NCBI GenBank assembly: GCA_963783885.1
Contig: CAWAPJ010000036.1
Coordinates: 1-38,261, forward strand
From: Waddliaceae bacterium
GTDB taxonomy: Bacteria; Chlamydiota; Chlamydiia; Chlamydiales; SLFE01
Length of the DNA: 38,261 nt
Direction: 5' to 3'
This document shows positions 1 through 9,317 of the stretch, piece after piece (position 1 is the first letter of the stretch; every line of letters starts with the position of its first letter). The notes under the pieces were generated by a model. That model worked only from the letters and a program-made list of their open reading frames with translations, was not told the origin of the DNA and searched no databases. Position numbers and translations under genes: made by a program.

Positions 1-500
1 GGGATAAACTCAATGTAAGTTCCGTTCTTTTCTTTGGTGCTGCTCTTTTTCTGCTTTTTCAGCTTGCCCTGGCTGAACTCCGCTTCGATCATTTTTCCGT
101 CGCGAAAACTTTTCAAAACGAATTTTTCGGAAAGAGCGTTCACGGCTTTGGTTCCCACTCCATTTAAACCGACAGAAAACTGGAAGACATCGTCGTTGTA
201 TTTGGCACCGGTATTGATCTGACTGACGCACTCGATCGCTTTTCCAAGAGGGATTCCCCTTCCGTAATCCCTAACGGAGACTCTGCCCTCTTGATAATCG
301 ATGGCAACCTCGATCTTGCTGCCGTGATTCATGATGTATTCGTCGACGCTGTTGTCGATGATTTCCTTGACCATGACATAAATTCCGTCATCCTGATGGG
401 AACCGTCGCCCAGACGGCCGATATACATGCCGGAACGAAGCCTTATATGTTCAAGAGCGTCAAGGGTTTGAACTGCCGATTCGTCGTATTTTTTGGCCAT
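1..500 (-). CDS. parE: DNA topoisomerase IV subunit B (second GyrB paralog), 5' part; runs off the window start
   Basis: Not in the ORF track. Hand translation from ATG at 500 gives MAKKYDESAVQTLDALEHIRLRSGMYIGRLGDG...KEIIDNSVDEY...VRDYGRGIP...SVGLNGVGTKAVNALS, the GHKL ATPase motifs of the ParE-type subfamily. Confidence 0.93.
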   Translation of the reverse strand, partial: MAKKYDESAVQTLDALEHIRLRSGMYIGRLGDGSHQDDGIYVMVKEIIDNSVDEYIMNHGSKIEVAIDYQEGRVSVRDYGRGIPLGKAIECVSQINTGAKYNDDVFQFSVGLNGVGTKAVNALSEKFVLKSFRDGKMIEAEFSQGKLKKQKKSSTKEKNGTYIEFI

Positions 501-540
501 AATTGACAAATTTTATTATAATAAAAATAAAGGAGTGAAT

Positions 541-984
541 ATGGAACTCCATGCTAATAAAGATTTTAGTGATAAAAACCTTAAAAATCAAGGGAAAAAG
601 CTAACCCGTTTGTCTTCAGATGTCGATATTATGCGGGCCCGCCTCTGGAACGAGGTCGTCAATACGAGAAACCGCGTCTGCACAGAACTTAAATCCACAA
701 GTCAAATCAAGCAGTCCAAAGAGCACATCAAAAAGATCTTCTCCGACACTCAAGACTCTATCGCTCAATCTCTCAAAACCTTCAAAAAATCCCACACAAA
801 AGAAGATGTGTCGTCTCTGATCAATCAGCTTGCCGACAGGGCCGAAACCCTCCACACCGAACACTCCCCCCTTTACGACCTTGAGGGTGAGTGGAATTCG
901 GAAGATCTCAAAGAGCTGGCAGAACTTATTGACCGAAGCTGGGACAAGCTGAAAAAGTCCATCGCCCCCATCAGTCAAGACTAA
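541..984 (+). CDS. Hypothetical helical/coiled-coil protein, ~147 aa
   Basis: ATG at 541 preceded by AAGGAG; charged helical composition; no recognised domain. Confidence 0.7.
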   Translation: MELHANKDFSDKNLKNQGKKLTRLSSDVDIMRARLWNEVVNTRNRVCTELKSTSQIKQSKEHIKKIFSDTQDSIAQSLKTFKKSHTKEDVSSLINQLADRAETLHTEHSPLYDLEGEWNSEDLKELAELIDRSWDKLKKSIAPISQD

Positions 985-1012
985 AATAACTCACTCGTGT
1001 ATCGTATAAGGT

Positions 1013-2017
1013 ATGGGAAGCTCGCCATTTAAAGGCAAATCTGTGCTGATAACCGGGGGAACCGGTACTTTCGGCAAGGCTATGGCCAAAAAACTTTTGG
1101 AAGAAGACGACTTGGCCAAAGTGATTATACTCAGCCGGGACGAGTGGAAACAGTGGGAAATGAAGCAGTCCGATCCCATTTTCAATCACAAGAAAATCCG
1201 CTATTTTTTGGGCAGCATAAGGGATGTTAAACGACTGAAGCTCGCCTTTCGCGATGTTGACATCGTCATTCACGCCGCGGCTTTAAAGCAAGTGCCCGCC
1301 GCCGAATACAATCCCTCGGAGTTCATTCAGACAAACGTCATGGGGGCTATGCACATCATCGAGGCAGCCATCGACCGGAAAGTCGAAAAGGTCATCGCCC
1401 TCTCGACCGACAAATCTGTCAACCCGGTCAATCTCTACGGGGCCACCAAGCTTTGTTCGGATAAATTGATGATTGCAGCAAACGCTTACGTCGGCGATCA
1501 GCAAACGCCAAAATTCAGCATCGTTCGCTACGGAAATGTTTTGGGAAGCCGCGGAAGCATTATCCCCTTATGGAAGCAGATGATTCAAAACGGGGCCAAA
1601 TCCCTACCTGTCACAGACCCCGAAATGACCCGCTTTTGGATTCCTCTGGAAACAGCGGTTGATTTTGTATCCCGCTGTGCAGATATCATGCGGGGGGAAG
1701 AAATTTTCGTTCCGAAAATTGCCAGCGCGAAAACCACCGACCTTGTGAAAGCCCTCTCTCCAAAAATCAAAACCGAAGTGATCGGGATCCGCGAGGGGGA
1801 AAAACTCCATGAACTTCTAATCAGCCCCGAAGAAGCTAATTTTACCTTTGAGCACAGCGGCTACTACACGCTCCTGCCCCCTGTCCACGACCGCACCTTA
1901 GAAGACCGTATCGCCCGCCAGAGATACAAAGGGAAACCCGTACCCAAAAAATTTTCCTATGGGTCGGATAACAATCCCGACACATGGTCAGGGGAAGATC
2001 TTAAGAAATTTCTCTAA
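1013..2017 (+). CDS. pseB: UDP-N-acetylglucosamine 4,6-dehydratase (inverting), PseB/FlaA1 family
   Basis: TGGTGTFG Rossmann motif, SRDEWKQ, HAAALKQVPAAEYNP, STDK, NLYGATKL, RYGNVLGSRGS, MTRFW, GIREGEKLHE. Confidence 0.93.
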   Translation: MGSSPFKGKSVLITGGTGTFGKAMAKKLLEEDDLAKVIILSRDEWKQWEMKQSDPIFNHKKIRYFLGSIRDVKRLKLAFRDVDIVIHAAALKQVPAAEYNPSEFIQTNVMGAMHIIEAAIDRKVEKVIALSTDKSVNPVNLYGATKLCSDKLMIAANAYVGDQQTPKFSIVRYGNVLGSRGSIIPLWKQMIQNGAKSLPVTDPEMTRFWIPLETAVDFVSRCADIMRGEEIFVPKIASAKTTDLVKALSPKIKTEVIGIREGEKLHELLISPEEANFTFEHSGYYTLLPPVHDRTLEDRIARQRYKGKPVPKKFSYGSDNNPDTWSGEDLKKFL

Positions 2018-2070
2018 GACTTGTTATTTATTGTTTGTTATGGAATTGTGCCTTAAAAAGGAGGTTTGAT

Positions 2071-2487
2071 ATGTTGACATGCTCTCTCGAAACGCTCAAT
2101 ACATGTTCTTGTGAAAAAACCGATGCTTATCTTTATACACACACACGATCAACAAAAGAAAATGTTTTTGGATATGGTATGGTTTACAATACCTATTATA
2201 AACATTACGGGGTTATCTATATCCCAAGCGCAAAAATAGCATTGAAAGTAACTCCCGAAGAGTTTGATAAGAATGACAAAGTTAAAAAGTGGAAAGGTTG
2301 TGCTCTTGATTCGGATGCGTTACTTCAGTTTTTCAACAAAAGAGGAATGGATTTAAGCAAAAAAACACACACTTTAGTTGCCGCAGATTTGGCTGAAAAG
2401 ATCAAATCCCTTCAACCGCAGGATGATCCGTTAATCCAAAAAATAGCCAATATGTTTTTTAAATATCACTGTGATGAAAAAGCTTAG
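2071..2487 (+). CDS. Hypothetical protein, ~138 aa, AT-rich
   Basis: AGGAGG RBS before ATG 2071; ORF open to 2487. Confidence 0.7.
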   Translation: MLTCSLETLNTCSCEKTDAYLYTHTRSTKENVFGYGMVYNTYYKHYGVIYIPSAKIALKVTPEEFDKNDKVKKWKGCALDSDALLQFFNKRGMDLSKKTHTLVAADLAEKIKSLQPQDDPLIQKIANMFFKYHCDEKA

Positions 2488-2512
2488 ATAAGGAACACGC
2501 TATCCAAATGAT

Positions 2513-2922
2513 TTAGCTGTTATTTTTACTATCTTCTTGTTTAAAGTGTTTTTTTAAAAATAACTTGTATTGGGTTTCATCCTCGAATATTGCTTGTTTG
2601 GTTTCTGCTAAAACGTTTGCAATGAATTTCGATTCCTTGCTGTCGTTGCCATATTTTTTAGCTTCTAATTCGAGCAGTTGTTTAAGTTTTCTAAGAGTGA
2701 CAAGACAATTTCTTAGCGAATAAGCTGCTGCATCATAGGAACCACCCAGTCCTTCATTAGCATAATTTGGATGGAAATGATTAAATATCGCAGTCCTCTC
2801 GATTAGATTTATATTGCCATCACCTATTTTAGGAGGATTTAATTCATCCTTAAAAAATTTTTATAGCAAAAGTAGATATCTTGACTAATATCAGGGGTGA
2901 TAACATTAATTTCATTCTGCAT
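2513..2922 (-). pseudogene. Frameshifted (or -1 recoded) hypothetical gene of ~136 aa
   Basis: AGGAG RBS plus ATG at 2922; frame 0 stops at 2839 after 27 aa; the -1 frame is open from the A5T6 run (2852-2862) to TAA at 2513; total 410 nt, one short of 137 codons. Confidence 0.7.
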
Positions 2923-3099
2923 AATTAACTCCTTTTTATTAAAAAATAATAAAAAGTTATATCATTTTAAATAATTATTGTCAAAGATTTGGATTTGGGA
3001 ACGGATCCTCAATGGGTCTACCATAGAAAATCATTTCTGTATCCACATGCACATTCTCTTCCCCATAAAATGAATTATGGGAATGCATTCCGATATATT

Positions 3100-3211
3100 T
3101 CAACACCCGCTCGCTTCGCCCTCTCGAGACAAGGTGCCGCAAAGGGAGATTTGACCACTATAAATTCTCTTGACCTCCTTGTCTCGAGAGGGCGAAGCGA
3201 GCGGGTGTTGA
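3100..3211. mobile_element. Palindromic MITE-like element with 35-bp perfect inverted arms
   Basis: TCAACACCCGCTCGCTTCGCCCTCTCGAGACAAGG at 3100-3134 and its exact reverse complement at 3177-3211; GC-rich in an AT-rich context. Confidence 0.8.
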
Positions 3212-3233
3212 TAGGATACTAGACATCAGGATA

Positions 3234-5045
3234 TCAGCAAATTTTCCTGACACCGGGAATTTTAACATCGGGAAAATTGATCGAGTATCGAACCTTAGCC
3301 ATAGCCAATTCGGCGACATCCTTAAAAGCCAGAAGATAATCGGCTAATACGTCGATTTCTTTTTCATTGAACAAATCTCCCTCATTGGCCAACTCACTTT
3401 TGGGATCGGGATTATTCGCTAGACAAACATTTTTCAAAGCTTCGAAAAAGACTTCAACTTTCTTTCGATTATCGATTGGAAGATGACTGATATCGACAGC
3501 AATGACCGTTTCTTTGGCAGAGATCCATTGTTTCTCTAACTTGGAGTATTTCGCCATTCCTAAAATACAGTTTCCATTCTGAAAATAAGGGTTTTCATCC
3601 TTGCTGACTTCGCTCTCCCAAAATGCCGAACCAAGCAGGAGGGATCCTTGCGGCCCATGCTCCATTTCCTGATAATGCCGCTTTGCCAGGTAAGGACCGG
3701 GCTCCTCTAACATACAGCCTTCGTTCCTATACATATCAGCTCTCGCAATCATTCTTGAGCCGGCATCTGAAAAATTTCTTCTTTCTGGATAAAGGTGGTA
3801 GAATGTTTCCGGATCCAAACCCATCAAATCAAAAGAATCTGTCAAACGCTGAGGATTTCCCTCGACAATATCTTCTTTTATGCCCATCAAGTCCTGGTAC
3901 AGAGAATTTTCACCAGGCTGATTCGACTTTGAATAATAGCTTTGTCTCTTGCCAAAAATCACATTAAGCATCTGCATAAAATCCGTCTCGAATTGCTCTT
4001 GCACATATTTGCTGTCTTGGGGAAACTTTCCGGTTTCCGATAAAGATTTTAATATGTGTTGACGGCAATTTTCCGCACCATTCATCCATTTTTCGAAAGC
4101 TTTCCGAAAATCCTTTTTATTTTCCCTGTACATCTCTTCTAATTTTTTCATCGTGCTGTCTGAAACAGGGCGTATGGATTCAATTTTTTTTCTCCATTGA
4201 GAAAAAGACTTCCTGCTGCCATAAGCACCGGTGAGTTTCCTGATCAAATAGGCCGAGCGAAAATTCATCTCTCCTTTTTTGACTTCGTCAGCGGCAGCAA
4301 TCATAGATGATAGGGGTTTTTGAATTGGCAAACCACTCTCCTCTATGGTTTGCAATTGAATCCCGGCATGATCGTAATTCACCTTTTGACCCGTCAAAAG
4401 AATATGGGAAATGATCGGTAAAAGCTCAGCAACTTCTCTCTTTGCAGCATTTCTGATAAAAACCCGAATTTTTTGCACTCCGGGCACAGTCAAAATAATG
4501 TCACTTTGACTCTCCGGCAACCCTGAGACAACTTTTGTCCAAAAGGGCTGATTGGCAGACAATTTGCCGTATCCGTTCACCGCCAGGGTGCTTTCTTCAA
4601 TCGATCCCGCATGAAGCGACTGAGCCCGATTTTGACAAAGCGACTGCAACAATTCATTCGGACTTAAACTTAAAAATTCGATCATATGATAAATCGGATG
4701 GTCGGAAAGAAGTTCGGGATATTGATTCTGTATCACATCTCTTAGCTGCTCTTTGAGAATCTTTAAATCTTTTAAATCTTCGAGATCCAACGTCCCGTTC
4801 AAATCAAGATCCTCTTGCAAGCTTCTGGATTTGGATATAAAGTCGCTGAAAATCTTCTTGACTGAGTTATTTTTAAAGAGCCAGGCCGTATTCACCTTCG
4901 TTTCATAGGTCCATTCACCCAGTCCTTTGACAGCATCTGCGAGATCCCGGACACTGGAAGACACCTCCTCAGCACTAAAAGAGGACCGCTCAGGAATAAT
5001 CCCCTTTCCCTTGAGTGAGGGGAGTTCGCGGTCGAAAGCATTCAT
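3234..5045 (-). CDS. Large hypothetical protein (603 aa), candidate secreted effector, probably C-terminally truncated
   Basis: Long ORF with a Ser-rich N-terminus and no recognisable domain; see the finding on its reconstructed C-terminus. Confidence 0.8.
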   Translation of the reverse strand: MNAFDRELPSLKGKGIIPERSSFSAEEVSSSVRDLADAVKGLGEWTYETKVNTAWLFKNNSVKKIFSDFISKSRSLQEDLDLNGTLDLEDLKDLKILKEQLRDVIQNQYPELLSDHPIYHMIEFLSLSPNELLQSLCQNRAQSLHAGSIEESTLAVNGYGKLSANQPFWTKVVSGLPESQSDIILTVPGVQKIRVFIRNAAKREVAELLPIISHILLTGQKVNYDHAGIQLQTIEESGLPIQKPLSSMIAAADEVKKGEMNFRSAYLIRKLTGAYGSRKSFSQWRKKIESIRPVSDSTMKKLEEMYRENKKDFRKAFEKWMNGAENCRQHILKSLSETGKFPQDSKYVQEQFETDFMQMLNVIFGKRQSYYSKSNQPGENSLYQDLMGIKEDIVEGNPQRLTDSFDLMGLDPETFYHLYPERRNFSDAGSRMIARADMYRNEGCMLEEPGPYLAKRHYQEMEHGPQGSLLLGSAFWESEVSKDENPYFQNGNCILGMAKYSKLEKQWISAKETVIAVDISHLPIDNRKKVEVFFEALKNVCLANNPDPKSELANEGDLFNEKEIDVLADYLLAFKDVAELAMAKVRYSINFPDVKIPGVRKIC

Positions 5046-5088
5046 AATTTCTTGCCTTTAATTTTTAAAGCAAATATAAAGTTATGAC

Positions 5089-5745
5089 ATGAATACAATT
5101 CGTTCACTTTATTATAGCATAATAACTAAACCAGAAACATGTTGTTCAATAAATTATTTTAATAATTTACCATATGAAATTATCTTAATGATAATGAATC
5201 AGTTAGAATCTCAAGATCTCTTTAACATGCGATTAACTTCAAAAGAATGTTGCCATTTGAGCAAAGATCCATCATTGGAGAAAAAATTCTGCCTTTTGCA
5301 GTGGGTTGTGATCAACCAACACCCTTCTGTGAAGCTAATAAGCCGCCGTGAACTAAATATCAGCTACTTAAGCATTATCCACCTTGAACAATGCAGTGGA
5401 ATCCTCGGATTTATCAAAAAAAATGGAGTTCTCATAGCCGTGGAGCCATCGTGTTATGAGGATAATTCTAAACAGCTCGGCAGTAGAGGGTTTTATCTCT
5501 CCCCATTTTATCACTTTGCCAAGGGGTGGAATCAAAAGGGTAAGAACACACCCGCCTGGAATATTTTCAGGAGACTGGTAACGGGTCATCCTTGCGGACA
5601 TTTTCATTTTGAGAATAAAGAGGAAATTCCGCCGACAGGTGATTGCTGCATTCGGCTGATACCATATCCGCAAGAGCCTCAATCCAAAGAGGATGATCGT
5701 TCAGACTCTCCACAAGATCAAGACGCTCTCCTCCCAGGGCAATGA
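5089..5745 (+). CDS. F-box domain protein (eukaryotic-like effector)
   Basis: FNNLPYEIILMIMNQLESQDLFNMRLTSKECCHLSKDPSL matches the F-box consensus LPxEILxxIfxxLxxxDLxxxxxVCKxW. Confidence 0.85.
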   Translation: MNTIRSLYYSIITKPETCCSINYFNNLPYEIILMIMNQLESQDLFNMRLTSKECCHLSKDPSLEKKFCLLQWVVINQHPSVKLISRRELNISYLSIIHLEQCSGILGFIKKNGVLIAVEPSCYEDNSKQLGSRGFYLSPFYHFAKGWNQKGKNTPAWNIFRRLVTGHPCGHFHFENKEEIPPTGDCCIRLIPYPQEPQSKEDDRSDSPQDQDALLPGQ

Positions 5746-6664
5746 ATTCCTCGCGATACTCAACAGAAATTTCAAAAACCGTTTCCAGACAATCGGCAAC
5801 AAAAGCCGGACAGAAGACAAGAACTCTCGTTTTATTTTTTTTGGCTAATCTTCTCAGCACATCGGAAGTAAAAGGTTCGATCCAGGGATCCCGCCCCAAG
5901 CGGGACTGAAAACAAATCGTCGTCAATTCCTCGGGCAGATTCAAACGTTTTCTTAAAGCATCAGCTGTCGCCCGGCATTGAGCCGAATAGCAATGCTGAT
6001 TCTTTGCTGTCAGACTCTGGCAGCAGTCCTCCGACCGCAAACATTGGCTGCTGCGGTCGGCTTTCAGAAGATGTTTTTCCGGCAAGCCGTGAAAACTAAA
6101 AAGAAAATGATCGTAACTGTCCAAAGGATGTTTTTCGGCATTCAGGCAAAATGTTTCAATCATTTTAGCCTGTGCGGGATAACTATTGATGAAAGACATC
6201 TTTGGAACGGCCTGCCACTTTGAGACAATTCTCATCACTTCCTGATGGACAGATCCTGTGGAAGCCGAGGCGTATTGAGGAAACAGGGGAAGGACAATGA
6301 TCTCCGAGACATCGGCGGCTCTTAGCTCAGCGAGTCCTTTCTCTATCGAGGGATTTTGATAACGCATCGCCAATTTGACGACAAAAGACTCACCCAGTTT
6401 TTTTTGCAGAAGGGTTGCAATCCTTTTCCCATAAACGAGCAAAGGCGATCCCTCGCCAGTCCAAATATGGGCATAACTTTTCGCGGAATTGCGGTATCTT
6501 AAAGGGACGATCAAACCTCTGACAAGAAGCTGCCTCGTCATAAAAGGAACATCGATGACCCGTCTGTCTGTCAGGAATTGAATTAGGTAACGCCACACAT
6601 CTTTGGGATGAGGAGAATCGGGGGTTCCTAGATTGACAAGTAATATTCCGGATTTTTTGTGCAT
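5567..6664 (-). CDS. hemH: Ferrochelatase
   Basis: GILLVNLGTP, YLIQFLTDRRV, AMRYQNPSI, LPLFPQY, FSFHGLP, FQSRLG..PW, FVADCLET; ATG at 6664. Confidence 0.95.
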   Translation of the reverse strand: MHKKSGILLVNLGTPDSPHPKDVWRYLIQFLTDRRVIDVPFMTRQLLVRGLIVPLRYRNSAKSYAHIWTGEGSPLLVYGKRIATLLQKKLGESFVVKLAMRYQNPSIEKGLAELRAADVSEIIVLPLFPQYASASTGSVHQEVMRIVSKWQAVPKMSFINSYPAQAKMIETFCLNAEKHPLDSYDHFLFSFHGLPEKHLLKADRSSQCLRSEDCCQSLTAKNQHCYSAQCRATADALRKRLNLPEELTTICFQSRLGRDPWIEPFTSDVLRRLAKKNKTRVLVFCPAFVADCLETVFEISVEYREEFIALGGERLDLVESLNDHPLWIEALADMVSAECSNHLSAEFPLYSQNENVRKDDPLPVS

Positions 6665-6739
6665 AACTTTGGGCAAAGTCTAATAGAATTTGCGCTTTTT
6701 TACCAGTTTTTCTATAACTCTTGTTTTGGAGGAAACAGT

Positions 6740-7747
6740 ATGCGCGTCGGAGTGGTGGGGATTAACCACAGGCAAGCCAGCCTAAGACTCAGGGAACTTT
6801 TAGCCAAAACTTGTCAAAAATGGTTCGGAATTGGAAGAAATATCTTAACTAATGAAAAGTTTGTCCTCCTCTCTACCTGCAACCGGACGGAAATTTATTT
6901 TTCTTCGGAAAGCCTGGCAGAGACCCATTCCTCCATCCTCTCAATTATCCGCAAGGAGGTCTCTGAAGATTTCGATCAGCGCCTCTACTCGTTTTTCGGC
7001 ATCGACTGCTTTTATCATCTCTCCCGAGTGACTGCGGGACTCGACAGCGCAATTATTTGGGAGACCGAGATTCAGGGACAAGTGAAGGCCGCTTATGAAT
7101 CCACAACGCAGGCAATCCCTTTAACAAAAGATCTGCACTACCTGTTTCAAAAGGGGCTGAAAAACGGTAAATTGATCCGCAGCCGTTTTCAATCATCACG
7201 AGGGATGCCCGACCTCGAACACTCCCTCTTGCAAACCGCTCGGGATTTTTTTGAAGACATCGAAAGCAACCGGGTTCTTTTTGTCGGTGCTTCGGCCATC
7301 AATCTCAAAATCCTGGCCTTTTTGAAAAACAAAGGGATTCAAAATATCGCGCTTTGCAACAGAACCGAAAAACGGGGACTCTTCCATGCTAAGCGCCTAA
7401 ACATATCTTTTTTACCTTGGGACAGGCTCCATCAATGGCAACGTTTTGACTGGATCATATTCGGCACAAAATCTCCCAGACATCTTCTTACCTCAAGCTT
7501 CATGCCAAAAATTATGTCTCCAAAGCTCATCATCGACCTTTGCGTCCCGCGAAACGTCGATCCCTGCATGAACAAGCACCCATTGATCAGCTTGAGCAAC
7601 ATCGACCAAATCCACCAGACTCTCAAAATCCGCCGCCAAAAAATTTCCCACCTCACGAAAAAAGCGGAAGACCTCCTCTGCAGCGCGGTCGCAAGACAGG
7701 TCGTCAGCTTCAAAAACAAAGACAAAGTCATTCCTATTGTCGCGTAA
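6740..7747 (+). CDS. hemA: Glutamyl-tRNA reductase (short chlamydial type)
   Basis: GINH, LSTCNRTEIY, GLDS...ETEIQGQVK, DLCVPRNVD; GGAGG RBS before ATG 6740. Confidence 0.93.
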   Translation: MRVGVVGINHRQASLRLRELLAKTCQKWFGIGRNILTNEKFVLLSTCNRTEIYFSSESLAETHSSILSIIRKEVSEDFDQRLYSFFGIDCFYHLSRVTAGLDSAIIWETEIQGQVKAAYESTTQAIPLTKDLHYLFQKGLKNGKLIRSRFQSSRGMPDLEHSLLQTARDFFEDIESNRVLFVGASAINLKILAFLKNKGIQNIALCNRTEKRGLFHAKRLNISFLPWDRLHQWQRFDWIIFGTKSPRHLLTSSFMPKIMSPKLIIDLCVPRNVDPCMNKHPLISLSNIDQIHQTLKIRRQKISHLTKKAEDLLCSAVARQVVSFKNKDKVIPIVA

Positions 7748-7851
7748 TCGGTCAAGCGAGAATGGTCAGATGTCGCATTTTTTGAGGAGGGAATAGCTCC
7801 AAGCTATTGCCGACGAGAAAAATGCGGCAGATGGCGTTCGCAGCTGACCGA
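7748..7851. repeat. Imperfect palindromic element between convergent hemA and asnS
   Basis: Nested arms TCGGTCA/TGACCGA, TGTCGCATTTTT/AAAAATGCGGCA, AATAGC/GCTATT. Confidence 0.7.
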
Positions 7852-7913
7852 AGAAGTGAACAAGGCCGGTAAACCTTGAGAATTTTTCACTCTGACTTAG
7901 GCTATTTAAGTGG

Positions 7914-9317
7914 CTAAAATTCCGCTTTGCCGGGTGTGCGGGGGAAAGGAATAACGTCACGAATGTTTTCCATGCCTGTGATGTATTGGAGAAGACGCTC
8001 GAAGCCGGCGCCGAATCCCGCATGAGGAACAGACCCGTATTTGCGAAGTTCTAAGTACCACCAGTAATCCTCTTTGCTCATCTCATGCTCGGACATCTTT
8101 TTTTCGATAATATCGAGGCGCTCTTCCCTCTGGCTCCCACCTACGATCTCCCCAACTCCGGGGACCAAAACATCCATGCAGGCGACAGTTTTTTGGTCAT
8201 CATTTTCCCTCATATAAAAAGGCTTGATACGTTTTGGATAGTCGGTGAGGATAACCGGTTTTTTGAAATACTCTTCGGCAAGGTAGCGCTCGTGCTCCGA
8301 CTGTAGGTCCAGTCCCCACTTTACGGGATACTCGAACTTTTTATTGGCCTTTTCCAAAATACGAATCGCATAGGAATAGGCAGCCCTCTCAAAAGGGGTA
8401 TCGACAACATGCTTTAAACGATCCAGAACTCCTTTGGAAATGAAACGGTCAAAAAATGCCATATCCTCTTCACAATGCTCGAGCACATACTTAAAGACAT
8501 ATCTGAGATAATCTTCTGCAAGGTCCATATCGTCGGTCAGATTGGCAAAAGCCATTTCCGGTTCGATCATCCAAAATTCGGCCAAATGGCGTGAAGTATT
8601 GGAGTTTTCCGCGCGGAATGTGGGACCGAAGGTGTAAACATCGGAAAGCGCCAAAGCATAAATCTCGGCGTTGAGCTGCCCAGATACTGTCAGGTAGGCA
8701 GGCCTCTCAAAGAAATCCTGAGAAAAATCAATCTCTCCCTTTTCGGTTTTGGGAAGCTCTTGAAGATTGAGCGTGGAGACGCGGAAAAGCTCGCCGGCCC
8801 CCTCGCAATCCGAGCCTGTGATCAACGGGGTGTGAATCCACAAAAATCCTTTTTCATCGAAAAACTTGTGCGTTGCCATCGCGGCGGCGTGGCGGACGCG
8901 GGTCACAGCCCCAATGGTGTTGGTGCGTGGCCTTAAGTGGGCAATCGTGCGGAGAAACTCCAAACTGTGCCTTTTCTTCTGCAGGGGATAGGATTCCGGG
9001 TTTGCGGTGCCGATAATATTGAGGGATTTAACTTTCAGCTCGACGGCCTGTCCCTTGGCCGGACTTTCGACGATCTCGCCTGTCGCCTCGATCGAGCATC
9101 CGGTAGACACACGGCCCATGATATTGTGATAATCGGGAACTTCCTGATCCACAACGCACTGCAGGTTGCCAAGAGTCGATCCGTCGTTGACTTCGATAAA
9201 ACTGAATGTTTTCTGATTGCGAACAGTCTTGACCCACCCTTTCACAGTCACTTCTAAACCGAGGATTGATTTGACATCACCGGCCGGATGCCTTAGCTTT
9301 TTAATTCTGCTTCGCAT
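7914..9317 (-). CDS. asnS: Asparagine--tRNA ligase
   Basis: OB-fold [60 protein letters not shown]. Confidence 0.97.
   Translation of the reverse strand: MRSRIKKLRHPAGDVKSILGLEVTVKGWVKTVRNQKTFSFIEVNDGSTLGNLQCVVDQEVPDYHNIMGRVSTGCSIEATGEIVESPAKGQAVELKVKSLNIIGTANPESYPLQKKRHSLEFLRTIAHLRPRTNTIGAVTRVRHAAAMATHKFFDEKGFLWIHTPLITGSDCEGAGELFRVSTLNLQELPKTEKGEIDFSQDFFERPAYLTVSGQLNAEIYALALSDVYTFGPTFRAENSNTSRHLAEFWMIEPEMAFANLTDDMDLAEDYLRYVFKYVLEHCEEDMAFFDRFISKGVLDRLKHVVDTPFERAAYSYAIRILEKANKKFEYPVKWGLDLQSEHERYLAEEYFKKPVILTDYPKRIKPFYMRENDDQKTVACMDVLVPGVGEIVGGSQREERLDIIEKKMSEHEMSKEDYWWYLELRKYGSVPHAGFGAGFERLLQYITGMENIRDVIPFPRTPGKAEF

Noticed and set aside
10..506. Short ORFs 10-231, 34-222 and 291-506
   Set aside because: Alternative-frame or antisense shadows of parE, which the track missed because its stop lies outside the window
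2989..3222. 77-aa plus-strand ORF
   Set aside because: TTG start without an RBS; half of it is the palindrome read through
7914..9317. asnS as an anomaly, since Chlamydiaceae use the GatCAB route
   Set aside because: To my knowledge AsnRS occurs in environmental chlamydiae; it is in an ordinary operon with nfo and shows no sign of recent transfer
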